The position numbers and the translations under genes are program-made. The notes beneath the pieces were generated by a model. It had not been told where the DNA came from, did not search any database, and saw nothing but the letters and a program-made list of their open reading frames with translations. Shown one piece after another: positions 50,133 through 59,016 of a DNA stretch of 64,000 nucleotides. The stretch's first letter is position 1, and the number at the start of each line of letters is the position of its first letter. Source of the DNA: Candidatus Bathyarchaeota archaeon (GTDB lineage Archaea; Thermoproteota; Bathyarchaeia; TCS64); the NCBI GenBank assembly GCA_963771885.1, contig CAVYVF010000023.1, forward strand, positions 128,001-192,000, given 5' to 3'.

Positions 50133-51813
50133 CCGTTTCGACATCCAGTTTCTCCTCCTTCTCCTCTCCCTCTTCTGCGTCTAGCTCCTCGTCTGGAGGT
50201 GGTAGCACACCGTTCTCCATGTTACCGTTCTCTTCGCCATTCTCTTCTCCATTTTCCTCCTCGTCCTCCTGCTGGTTCACGACGAGTATCTCCTTGAGGA
50301 GCTTCTGCACGTCAGGCATGTCGGTCTTCTCCCCGAGCTTGGCCGCAAACTCGGCTATCTTGGGAAGGTACTTGCCGAATATATTGAGTCGGTGCTTTTG
50401 CCTCTCCAACTTGACGCTACGGCTGATGAATATGCGCAGGTCACGCGCCGCCTCACGTATGGCGTTCGTGATCTCCTTCTCGACCTCGACCTGGTCTGCG
50501 AGGAACTCCTTGCCGACGCTCTTGTAGGGGATCTTGGTCGAGCAGAGGTGGATCGCCACGACGAGGGGCGTCTCCTGCTGCACGTTGTATGTCTTCCAGT
50601 TGATGTCCTTCGAGATGACCTTGTAAGTCACGCAGCTCGACTCGTCGAAGAGGAGGGGGATACGGTTCGCGAACCTGTATAGGGTGATGCCAGTGCCGAT
50701 CTTGCGGACGGTAGGGCCCGCGACGACGGCTGCCTCCACGATGAAGGGATAACCGCTGTAGGTCGCGGGTGGCCGCTGGACGGTCTTGATGAAGTCGGCG
50801 TCTGTGAGGCTGAGCTCCTTCCGTATGCCGGTTTCGAGGAGATCGGGACCGATTGGGCTGAGGCAGCTCGCGTCGGGGCGGTAGAACTCTTGAAACTCCT
50901 TCGCGGCGCGCGTCAGCTTGACAATCTCCTCGGACTGGAGGCTCGCCGGCTTCGTCTCAGGCTTCACTCCTGCGAACTCGAGGAACTTCTCCGCCGTCTT
51001 CGGGCCAACGCCTTGAAACTGCTCGATCATGAAGCCCTTCATCTCGCGTGACTTGGTGACGAGGAGCATCCTGCGGAGAGTCTCGACATCTATACCATGG
51101 GGGTGGGGTTTCACCCTCAGGGGTACGGGGGGCATCTTTGTTGTGCCGCGCTCGAAGCGATAGAGCCTGTTTTTAGGGTCTACGAATGTGAGGTCTGCAT
51201 AGGGATTTACCATGGCAGTCTGACGGAGGTACTCTATCATGCGGCTCATGATACGGGGGTAGTCGCCCTCAATCTGCAGCTCGACGATAGTTCCACGCCA
51301 GCCCCTCTCGTTTGCGAGCGTCGTGTGGCGGAGCACCTGAGGCTGGTTCTTCTGGATGTCCATCATCATCTCATACTCGTGTATCTCGTCCCCAGTGCTA
51401 CTCGTGACGATAACGGGCTTATGGGTAGTTATCTGGCCGTAGAGGATAGTCATCTTGCCGCCCATGCCGAAGGTGCCTCTGTTCTGCTTGAGTGTGTACT
51501 TTGAGCCGTAGAAGACCTGAGCGAAGCAGGCTGGTATCTCATCTGAGGGCACGCCGGTGCCGTTGTCCTGTATGCGGAGGAGGTAGACGGCTGTGCCGTT
51601 CTCGCCTCCGCTGCTGCTCAGCTCCGTGAGGCGCACGTAGATGTCGGGGGGAATCTGGGCGCTCTCGCAGGCGTCGAGGCTGTTCTCGAGTATCTCCCTG
51701 ACGCCAACGTAGATTGCCCTGCTGGGGTTGCTGAAGCCCGCGATCTCCCTGTTGCGGTAGAAGAAGTCACTCGGGCTGACTGCCTGGTACTCCGTCTCCT
51801 GTGATTGTACCGT
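50125..51813 (-). CDS. top6B: DNA topoisomerase VI subunit B (only in-frame start candidate is ACG)
   Basis: In-frame extension SPSDFFYRNREIAGF...REILENSLDA; QDNGTG, GSKY, RGTFGMG, RFANRIPLL, KIPYKSVGKE. Confidence 0.95.
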   Translation of the reverse strand, partial: TVQSQETEYQAVSPSDFFYRNREIAGFSNPSRAIYVGVREILENSLDACESAQIPPDIYVRLTELSSSGGENGTAVYLLRIQDNGTGVPSDEIPACFAQVFYGSKYTLKQNRGTFGMGGKMTILYGQITTHKPVIVTSSTGDEIHEYEMMMDIQKNQPQVLRHTTLANERGWRGTIVELQIEGDYPRIMSRMIEYLRQTAMVNPYADLTFVDPKNRLYRFERGTTKMPPVPLRVKPHPHGIDVETLRRMLLVTKSREMKGFMIEQFQGVGPKTAEKFLEFAGVKPETKPASLQSEEIVKLTRAAKEFQEFYRPDASCLSPIGPDLLETGIRKELSLTDADFIKTVQRPPATYSGYPFIVEAAVVAGPTVRKIGTGITLYRFANRIPLLFDESSCVTYKVISKDINWKTYNVQQETPLVVAIHLCSTKIPYKSVGKEFLADQVEVEKEITNAIREAARDLRIFISRSVKLERQKHRLNIFGKYLPKIAEFAAKLGEKTDMPDVQKLLKEILVVNQQEDEEENGEENGEENGNMENGVLPPPDEELDAEEGEEKEEKLDVETDE

Positions 51814-51814
51814 G

Positions 51815-52405
51815 CTATTCCCTCCTCTCTGATGCTGGGGGTGCCTGGTCGTACCATATCTCGCCGCGATCCTTCTTGAGCTGGCGCCGGTATGCGAAGA
51901 GGTAGTTGTAGACGGTCTTGTGGAACTTACCCCTGATCAGCATCATCACTGCCTCAGTCGCCGCGGGGAGGGACTCCACGTTGCCGATGAGGGCGACTGT
52001 GCTCCCGTAGACGCTCATCTGAGTCTCGGTGAGCTCCTCAATGAGTACCCTGCTCTTGCCTTCCTTGCCTATTATGCGGCCTTTTACTCTGTCCTGCGCG
52101 CTTCGGCTCGGGCCGACGTGCTCCTCGAGGTCGACTATGGAGAGGTCGAAGTCCTCGTTGGCGAGCAGCAAGGCCCTCTCGGGGCTGAAGCCTCTGCCTA
52201 TAGCCTTGACTATGTTTGCGACGATGAAGATTATGGAGACGTCGGGCTGGTCGGGGGTGAGCACTATCTCAACGTTTCCCGACTCGCTCTCTATGACTAG
52301 GTTGACCTTGAAGGTCTTCTCGATACGGCTCTTCACCTTACCTTCTGGACCGATGAGGACGCCGACCCTGTCATGGGGTATCCTGATGTAGTTACGCTTC
52401 TCCAG
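51815..52405 (-). CDS. KH-domain rRNA processing protein (Dim2/Pno1-like; CTG start candidate)
   Basis: In-frame extension IRIPHDRVGVLIGPEG; AIGRGFSPE, KGRIIGKEG, HKTVY. Confidence 0.92.
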   Translation of the reverse strand: MEKRNYIRIPHDRVGVLIGPEGKVKSRIEKTFKVNLVIESESGNVEIVLTPDQPDVSIIFIVANIVKAIGRGFSPERALLLANEDFDLSIVDLEEHVGPSRSAQDRVKGRIIGKEGKSRVLIEELTETQMSVYGSTVALIGNVESLPAATEAVMMLIRGKFHKTVYNYLFAYRRQLKKDRGEIWYDQAPPASERRE

Positions 52406-53186
52406 TCTTCACCCACTCCGTTAACTCTTTGTTGTCGTATACCTGGACGCCCAGCCTCGTGAAGTACGCGTTCACCGTCTCCACGTCGTGTTGTAGGAGA
52501 CTGGGGGCTAGGGGATGGTTGATGAGCATGGCTTGGCTCACGTCGAATATGACGGGCTTGTTCTCCCAGACCATAATGTTGTACTCGCTCAGGTCGCCAT
52601 GGACGAGGCCCGCCTTCTGGTAGAGGGTACGCATCTCGTCGGTGAGCATGTCGTAGAATCCGGCCGGGTCCTCGAGTGGCAGTTCTCTGAGGAGTGGTGC
52701 GGGGACTCCGTCGACACCTATGAAGGTCATTACGAGGATGTTCTTGAGGAAGTCAATGGGGCGAGGCGAGTTGACGCCTCCCTGCTGGGCGAGCTGGAGA
52801 TTGCTAAACTCCTTTTGCGTCCACGCGTAGACTAGGCTCTTCGTGTCTGTGCGGATGTGCTTGAATCGGGGGTCGCCTTCTATATACCTCATCATGCCTT
52901 TCCGGAACTCGGCCGTCGTCGTGTAGTAAATCTTGACGGCTATCTCCTTGCCGCCGGGGGCCGTTCCCCAGAAGACGTGTGCCTCTTTCCCCGCCTTGAG
53001 TACGCCCTTGATCTTGTCTATCTTCTTCTTCTGGATGAGCCTGAGGATGCCTTCCAGTGTAGGGCGGTCGAAGACTGCATCGTTGACATTGAACTCCTCC
53101 TGGTTCTTGTTCAGCATCAGAGCTGACTCTTCATGTCTCCTCTGCAGCTTCTCGGCCTTGCGTTCCATCTTCTCTTGGCTGGGCAC
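52392..53186 (-). CDS. rio1: RIO1-family kinase
   Basis: AGKEAHV, AVKIY, YIEGDPRF, WTQKEF, VHGDLSEYNI, IFDVSQA. Confidence 0.95.
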   Translation of the reverse strand: MPSQEKMERKAEKLQRRHEESALMLNKNQEEFNVNDAVFDRPTLEGILRLIQKKKIDKIKGVLKAGKEAHVFWGTAPGGKEIAVKIYYTTTAEFRKGMMRYIEGDPRFKHIRTDTKSLVYAWTQKEFSNLQLAQQGGVNSPRPIDFLKNILVMTFIGVDGVPAPLLRELPLEDPAGFYDMLTDEMRTLYQKAGLVHGDLSEYNIMVWENKPVIFDVSQAMLINHPLAPSLLQHDVETVNAYFTRLGVQVYDNKELTEWVKTGEA

Positions 53187-53197
53187 GTGGGAATCAG

Positions 53198-53233
53198 CTA
53201 CTCTATCTTCAGTATGCCTCTCTGCTTGCCCAA
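53198..53233 (-). pseudogene. 11-codon ORF MGKQRGILKIE, candidate internally deleted aIF-1A
   Basis: Occupies the usual aIF-1A slot ahead of rio1; TATA TTTTTAAG and a purine-rich tract upstream of TTG. Confidence 0.5.
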
Positions 53234-53469
53234 GGGCGGACCCTCTCTCTCGGTGATAGCTGGGTGAGAGGCTTAAAAATCGTTCCTATAGGCGTTTAAG
53301 CCATAAACGCCGTTTTTTAACTAGCACGCTTCAATTTTCCTTTATTTTCTGATCCAGTTTTATATTAAACGTGTTAATTCGTATTTAAGGGTAAATCTTG
53401 ACCCTCACGCGTCTGTTAACAAATCCGGCCAGTATTCAGGGAAAGTCGCGTCTTTGGTGTTTCGCTGCT

Positions 53470-54258
53470 TTAAGTAGAAGGCTTTGTGAGGGCTAGAAGT
53501 TCGTCAAGCAGCGGCTGGCGGGACGCCGCAACTAGCTCCATCGTAGCTTCCCTTGTAAGGGGAAAGTCGGCTCCGACCGAGCCACCTGTAGAGTAAGTTC
53601 CCCCCGCCTCGGCGAGTATGTGAAGGGCCGCGGCTACGTCTGTGGCGCGAACAGTGCCCCTGATGTCGAGGTGTGCGTCCAATGTGCCCGAGGCGACGAG
53701 ACTCAACTCGGTGGCGCTGCTGCCTAGCATGCGTATATACCTGCAGTGGCTGAGGAGCGGCGTGATGCGGTCTAGTTTCGGGGTTTTACTTATGTCGATC
53801 GAGATGAGGGCGGAGCGCGCCTGCCTAAGGACGGCTATTTTGATCTGGCGCCCGTTGAGTGTGGCCCCACCTCCGCGTGTCGCCGAGTAGGTCTCACCCG
53901 TGTAGAGATGCTTCACCACAGCTGCTAGTGTACCCGAGAACATGCCGTTGTCCGAGACGGAGAGACACGCGACGGCGGGGCTTAGTCCCCGAGCGAGGTT
54001 TGTCGTACCGTCAACAGGGTCGGCTATGATAACGGGTCCGCCCTCGCATACGACGGCGTTCCCCTCCTCGCTTATCAGCTGCGCGGCGACTTGCTGCGTC
54101 TGCAGAGATTCGATGAGCGCACCCTGGGCGGCCTCGTCGAGTAGTTGCTTGTACTCGCGGTTCTCGAGGCCCACGCCCCTGCGGCGTGCATTCTGTACTG
54201 CTGCGTAGATGTCGTCCGCCGCCAGACTGAGTGCCTTGAGCCAGTCGCCGTTGTCCAC
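53470..54258 (-). CDS. inositol monophosphatase/FBPase family
   Basis: LISEE, ADPVDGTTN, RMLGS, TDVAAA. Confidence 0.9.
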   Translation of the reverse strand: MDNGDWLKALSLAADDIYAAVQNARRRGVGLENREYKQLLDEAAQGALIESLQTQQVAAQLISEEGNAVVCEGGPVIIADPVDGTTNLARGLSPAVACLSVSDNGMFSGTLAAVVKHLYTGETYSATRGGGATLNGRQIKIAVLRQARSALISIDISKTPKLDRITPLLSHCRYIRMLGSSATELSLVASGTLDAHLDIRGTVRATDVAAALHILAEAGGTYSTGGSVGADFPLTREATMELVAASRQPLLDELLALTKPST

Positions 54259-54326
54259 GTCATCGCCCCTCTTAGTTTACACGGTGCCACACATCTATAA
54301 GGGGTAAACACAAATGGCGATGGAGC

Positions 54327-54923
54327 GTGGCTAGGATTGTGTCAAGGGTACTTCCAAAGGCGTTCTACGGTAGGAGCCCTGAGGTCGTTGCGCGTGAGCT
54401 TCTTGGGAAGAGGCTTGTCCGGGTCTTGGACGGCGAGCGGCTGGAGGGGATTATCGTCGAGACGGAAGCGTACCACGGCGGCGGCGACCCCGCGAGCCGA
54501 GCCTTCAACGGGAAGAAGGATTATAATACACCTATGTGGGACGAGCCGGGGCGCCTCTTCGTCTACAACGTCCACAAGTACTGGATGCTGAACGTCGTCG
54601 CACATGAGCTCGGGGGGGTTGGAGGCGTTCTCTTCAGGGCAATCGAGCCTAAGATAGGGGTCGAAGTGATGCTAAGGAGACGCCCTGTGATCGATGTGAG
54701 GGAGCTGACGAGCGGACCCGGGAAACTGAGCGTCGCCCTCGGTATCACACGTGGACTGAATGGGCTACCCGTAACCGACGTAGGGTCTCCAGTTCATATC
54801 CTCGATGTCCCACTCATGAACGAGTGCAAAACCAGCCACAGAATAGGTGTCACACGTGACCTCCCCGAGGAGCTCAGGTTCTACGTCCCCGGGAACCCCT
54901 ACGTCTCGCGCCATTCCAAATAA
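54327..54923 (+). CDS. mpg: 3-methyladenine DNA glycosylase (MPG/AAG family)
   Basis: VARELLG, IVETEAY, DPASR, VLFRAIEP, SGPGKL, RIGV. Confidence 0.93.
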   Translation: MARIVSRVLPKAFYGRSPEVVARELLGKRLVRVLDGERLEGIIVETEAYHGGGDPASRAFNGKKDYNTPMWDEPGRLFVYNVHKYWMLNVVAHELGGVGGVLFRAIEPKIGVEVMLRRRPVIDVRELTSGPGKLSVALGITRGLNGLPVTDVGSPVHILDVPLMNECKTSHRIGVTRDLPEELRFYVPGNPYVSRHSK

Positions 54924-55148
54924 GGGGTATAAACAAGACTTCCCTGACGATGCCTGACTGAATACCGTGTCTTATAGGGTTAAGAAATATGGACAAGACT
55001 TTCTTGCATTGACGTGAGGCCTCCGTCTGTGAGGTGGCTAAGATGATAGCGAACTGGGAGCGCGACTACCATTCGACATCCGGGGACTACGTCTACAGTC
55101 AGTGAAGGATATTTTACACTGGTCCTTTCCAATAGGTTGAGTGGAAGC

Positions 55149-56309
55149 TTAGGGCCTCCAGATAGTAACAACGCCGCTCTGCTCGAGCTCCTCGATCTGC
55201 TTCGGTGTCTTCTTTAACACGGTCCTGAGCACCTCCTCGGTATACTGGCCGATAACGGAGGCACCGGTTTTAATCTCACCAGGGGTCTCACTGAACTCTG
55301 CGGGGAATTTTGGTATTTTGTAGCTGCCTGCGAGCGGGTGGGGAACCTCAACGAAGGTCTTCCTCGCGATGAGGTGGGGGTCTTCGAATCCCTCGTACGC
55401 CTCGTAGATGGGGGCACTTGGTACATCGAAGCTGACGAGCCACTCGAATGCCTCCTTCCTCGTCATCGTTGAGAGCTTCTCCTTTACGAAGTCGAGTGTG
55501 ACCTCCTCTACACCGAGCTTTTCCTTCATCTCCTCGACCGCCTTGGGGCGGCTGCCCGCGATCTGGACCCAGCCGTCCTTGACCTTGACAACTCCCCAGA
55601 GCTCGCTGGGTGGGCGGACGCGTTTCTGCCTCCTCGTTAGGGGGCTCTCCTTGAAGAGGTCGTAGGCAACTGTCTCGCAGCAGTTGAAGCTGACCATGGT
55701 GTCGACTTGGTTTACGTCGATCATCTGGCCCTTGCCGGTCATGTCGCGGTGGCGAATAGCGGCGAGTATGGCGAATGCCGCCATTGTACCGGGGCCGATA
55801 TCTCCGAGAGCGCCCGCCATCTGGACGGGGTCGTGCTCAGGGTTTATGCTCTTACCCGTAGCATATGTGTGGCCGCTTATCGCCTCGGCGACGACGGCGT
55901 AGCTCCCATACCTGCTGTAGGGGCCGTACTGTCCGAAACCACTGAGGGCGGCATAGATGATGTTGGGCTTTATATCCTTGAGGACGTCATAACCGAGGCC
56001 GAGGCGCTCCATGGCGCCGGTTGCGAAGTTCTGGACGACGACATCCGACTCCGCCACGAGCTCCTTCACGAGGGCGATACCCTCAGGCTTCTTCATGTCG
56101 ACGGCGATGCCCTTCTTGCCGCAGTTGACTGCCATGAAGCTGGTGGAGGAACCCTTGTAGAGCTCCCCGGGGCCGAGTCTGCCTATATTGCCCCAGGGGG
56201 GTTCGACTGTGATGACGTCAGCGCCGAGACCTGCGAGCATCATTGTGCAGTAGGGGCCAAACCAAACGTGTGTGAAGTCGAGGACCTTGATGTCTTCGAG
56301 TATCTTCAT
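55149..56309 (-). CDS. class III CoA-transferase (CaiB/BaiF)
   Basis: KVLDFT...GPYC...LGADVI, QNF, LGLGY, SGFGQYGP, GD. Confidence 0.92.
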   Translation of the reverse strand: MKILEDIKVLDFTHVWFGPYCTMMLAGLGADVITVEPPWGNIGRLGPGELYKGSSTSFMAVNCGKKGIAVDMKKPEGIALVKELVAESDVVVQNFATGAMERLGLGYDVLKDIKPNIIYAALSGFGQYGPYSRYGSYAVVAEAISGHTYATGKSINPEHDPVQMAGALGDIGPGTMAAFAILAAIRHRDMTGKGQMIDVNQVDTMVSFNCCETVAYDLFKESPLTRRQKRVRPPSELWGVVKVKDGWVQIAGSRPKAVEEMKEKLGVEEVTLDFVKEKLSTMTRKEAFEWLVSFDVPSAPIYEAYEGFEDPHLIARKTFVEVPHPLAGSYKIPKFPAEFSETPGEIKTGASVIGQYTEEVLRTVLKKTPKQIEELEQSGVVTIWRP

Positions 56310-56358
56310 TTTTGAATCGTGTTGATGGGGCAGAGGATACTGATAATACTTGCGCGTG

Positions 56359-57435
56359 TCAAAAGGGAAGCTGGTGCTTCGTTAGGCCGCACTCCTCGTG
56401 GAGCTGGAGTAGCTCCTTCTGAAGGCTCTTGTTGAGGGGGATGCCTGTCTTCTTGCGTTCCCGCCAGGTGAGGTACTCTTTCTCGCCGGCGGTGTAGATG
56501 TGGTCGTGCCCCGGCATCCTGCGCGAGGCGCGTAGCCCGCGGAGTATATTACCAGTCATCTTCTTGAAGGCGTCCAACTCGGTGAACGCCTCGACATCGA
56601 CTGCCATGAAGAAGTGACCGAGGTTCGTGCCGGTGAGCGCCTTGAGGAAAGCGCCGCCCTGAAGACTGGCGCTGAGTATCTCGACGACTGTGGCGTAGCC
56701 ATAGCCCTTGTAGCCGCCCGTCTCCGCGGGGCCGCCGATGGGGAGGAGTGCTGCCCTATCTCGTGTGAGGTCTCGGAGGATCTCATCGGGGTCGGTCATG
56801 TAGCTGCCTTCGGCATCTATTACGAGCCCATCGGGTACCTTCTTGCCCTCGCGTGCGTAGACCTCGACCTTGCCGCGCTGTATGATGCTGGTGGCGCAGT
56901 CGAGCATGAACGGAAACTCCTCATCGGTGGGCATGCCGAAGGTCAGGGGGTTTGTGCCGAGCATGTTCTCTGTGCCGTAGGTTGGGGGAATTGAGGGGCG
57001 GGCATTCGTGCCGACGATGCCTATCATACCCTCGTCGACGGCCATCTGGGCGTAGTAGCCCGCGATACCGAAGTGCGTGCTGTTGCGAGCGGCGACCATG
57101 CCCATGCCGAGTTTCTTTGCCTTCTCGATTGCCATATTCATCGACTTGGCGCTGACGATCATCCCCATCCCGTTGTGCCCGTCGACGACTGCTGTTGTAG
57201 GGCCCTCTCGGATGACCTCGAACTCGGTGACGGGGCTCTGCTTCTTGGCTTGGATGCGGTCGTAGTAGATGGGCTTGAGGCGGCTGATACCGTGGCTGTC
57301 GATACCCTGCCTGTCTGCAGCGATGAGCACTTCCGCACATATCTCGGCGTCTCCCTCCGGTACACCCACCTTCCTGAAGACGTCGACCATAAAGCTACGG
57401 AGCTTATCGATCTCTACCCAGACTACTTCCGGCAT
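56359..57435 (-). CDS. Ldh_2-family oxidoreductase (ComC/AllD-like)
   Basis: GIDSHG, NSTHFG, GTNP, LDCATS, GGYKGYG. Confidence 0.92.
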   Translation of the reverse strand: MPEVVWVEIDKLRSFMVDVFRKVGVPEGDAEICAEVLIAADRQGIDSHGISRLKPIYYDRIQAKKQSPVTEFEVIREGPTTAVVDGHNGMGMIVSAKSMNMAIEKAKKLGMGMVAARNSTHFGIAGYYAQMAVDEGMIGIVGTNARPSIPPTYGTENMLGTNPLTFGMPTDEEFPFMLDCATSIIQRGKVEVYAREGKKVPDGLVIDAEGSYMTDPDEILRDLTRDRAALLPIGGPAETGGYKGYGYATVVEILSASLQGGAFLKALTGTNLGHFFMAVDVEAFTELDAFKKMTGNILRGLRASRRMPGHDHIYTAGEKEYLTWRERKKTGIPLNKSLQKELLQLHEECGLTKHQLPF

Positions 57436-57483
57436 GTCTTACCAGCCTAGTGGTGGCACGATGCGCGGATTTAAAATGGTTGG

Positions 57484-58965
57484 CTACTCCGCCCAGCTGA
57501 GTGAGCGTGTAACGGCTTCGCGCCAGCGGGAGTAGAGGCTTTCCCGCTCTGCCTCGTCCATCGAGGGCTCGTAGACTCTCTCCGCGTGCCATACTTTCGG
57601 GAGTTCTTCCCGTCTCCAATAACCGACTGCAAGTCCCGCGGCGAAGGCGGCTCCGAGGGCAGTAGTCTCAGTGTTGCTGGGGCGAACGACTCGCCTTCCG
57701 AGGACGTCTGCCTGGAACTGCATGAGGAAATCGTTGCGCGTGGCTCCGCCGTCGACACGTAGCTCGCGTAGCCTGACGCCGCTCTCCGCTTCCATTGCAT
57801 CGGATACGTCGCGGGTGAGGTAGGCTATCGCCTCGAGGGTGGCTCGGGTGATGTGTGCTCTGCCCGTGCCACGGGTTAACCCGAGTATGGTGCCCCGTGC
57901 GTATTGGTCCCAGTGGGGCGCACCGAGCCCCGTGAGGGCAGGGACGAGGTAGACGCCGTCGTTGCTGGTTAAGCTCGCGGCGAGTCGCTCTGCATCACGG
58001 GGGTTCTTCACTAAACCCGCGTCCCTGAGCCACTCGACAGCGGCGCCGGTGCAGAAGACGCTCCCCTCGAGGGCGTATGTCGTCGAGCCTCCAATATCCC
58101 ATGCGACGGTCGTAAGTAGGTGTTCCGACCTCGTGAGCTCAGTCCCCGTGTTCATGAGCATGAAGCTGCCAGTGCCATAGGTACACTTTGCGTCACCCGC
58201 CCCGAGGCAGGTCTGGCCGAGGAGCGCCGCCTGCTGGTCGCCGAGGTCACCGGTTATAGGTATGCTCGCGCCGAGGAGTTTCGGGTCCGTGTGCCCGATG
58301 AAGCCGCTAGACGGTACCGGCTCGGGTAGCATCGCCTCAGGGACGCCCATGAGATCGAGAAGCCCCGCGTCCCAGCGTAGCTTCCTGATGTCGAAGAGCA
58401 TGGTCCGGCTGGCGTTCGAGTAATCGACTGCGTGTACCTTGCCGCCTGTTAGTTTCCAGATGAGCCAGGAGTCGACGGTACCGAAGAGTATCTCGCCGTG
58501 CTCCGCCCTGGCGCGCAGTCCGGGAACGGCATCGAGCACCCACCTGATCTTCGGGCCGCTGAAGTATGAGTCGGGGATGAGTCCTGTTTTCTCCTTGATC
58601 TCAGAGGCGTGGGGACGGAGTCTTTCGACCATCTCCGCTGTGCGTCTACACTGCCAGACTATCGCGTTGTGGATTGGTTCCCCCGTCGTCCTATCCCAGA
58701 GGATCGTAGTCTCCCGCTGATTGGCCATGCCTAGCGCGGCAATCTGTGACGGGTCTATGTTGGCCGCCCTTATCGCCTTCCTCGCGGCACGCAGTTGCGC
58801 CTGCCAGATGTCCACAGGATCCTGCTCGACCCACCCCGGTTGGGGATAATACTGTCTGATTTTGAACTGCCCCGAGGAGATCAGCTCGGCCTCGTGATCT
58901 AACAGCAGGGCTCGCGCGCTCGTCGTCCCCTCGTCGAGGGCCAGAACGAATCCGTCTCCTGGCAT
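57484..58965 (-). CDS. glpK: glycerol kinase
   Basis: [42 protein letters not shown]. Confidence 0.95.
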   Translation of the reverse strand: MPGDGFVLALDEGTTSARALLLDHEAELISSGQFKIRQYYPQPGWVEQDPVDIWQAQLRAARKAIRAANIDPSQIAALGMANQRETTILWDRTTGEPIHNAIVWQCRRTAEMVERLRPHASEIKEKTGLIPDSYFSGPKIRWVLDAVPGLRARAEHGEILFGTVDSWLIWKLTGGKVHAVDYSNASRTMLFDIRKLRWDAGLLDLMGVPEAMLPEPVPSSGFIGHTDPKLLGASIPITGDLGDQQAALLGQTCLGAGDAKCTYGTGSFMLMNTGTELTRSEHLLTTVAWDIGGSTTYALEGSVFCTGAAVEWLRDAGLVKNPRDAERLAASLTSNDGVYLVPALTGLGAPHWDQYARGTILGLTRGTGRAHITRATLEAIAYLTRDVSDAMEAESGVRLRELRVDGGATRNDFLMQFQADVLGRRVVRPSNTETTALGAAFAAGLAVGYWRREELPKVWHAERVYEPSMDEAERESLYSRWREAVTRSLSWAE

Positions 58966-59016
58966 CGGTGAATACCACGCCTGGTTCGGCTATGAAACTA
59001 TCTAAAAAGCAGCCGC

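Noticed and set aside
53280..53469. Chromosomal replication origin or dif site
   Set aside because: No ORB-like repeats, no adjacent orc1/cdc6, and no convincing 11-6-11 Xer palindrome.
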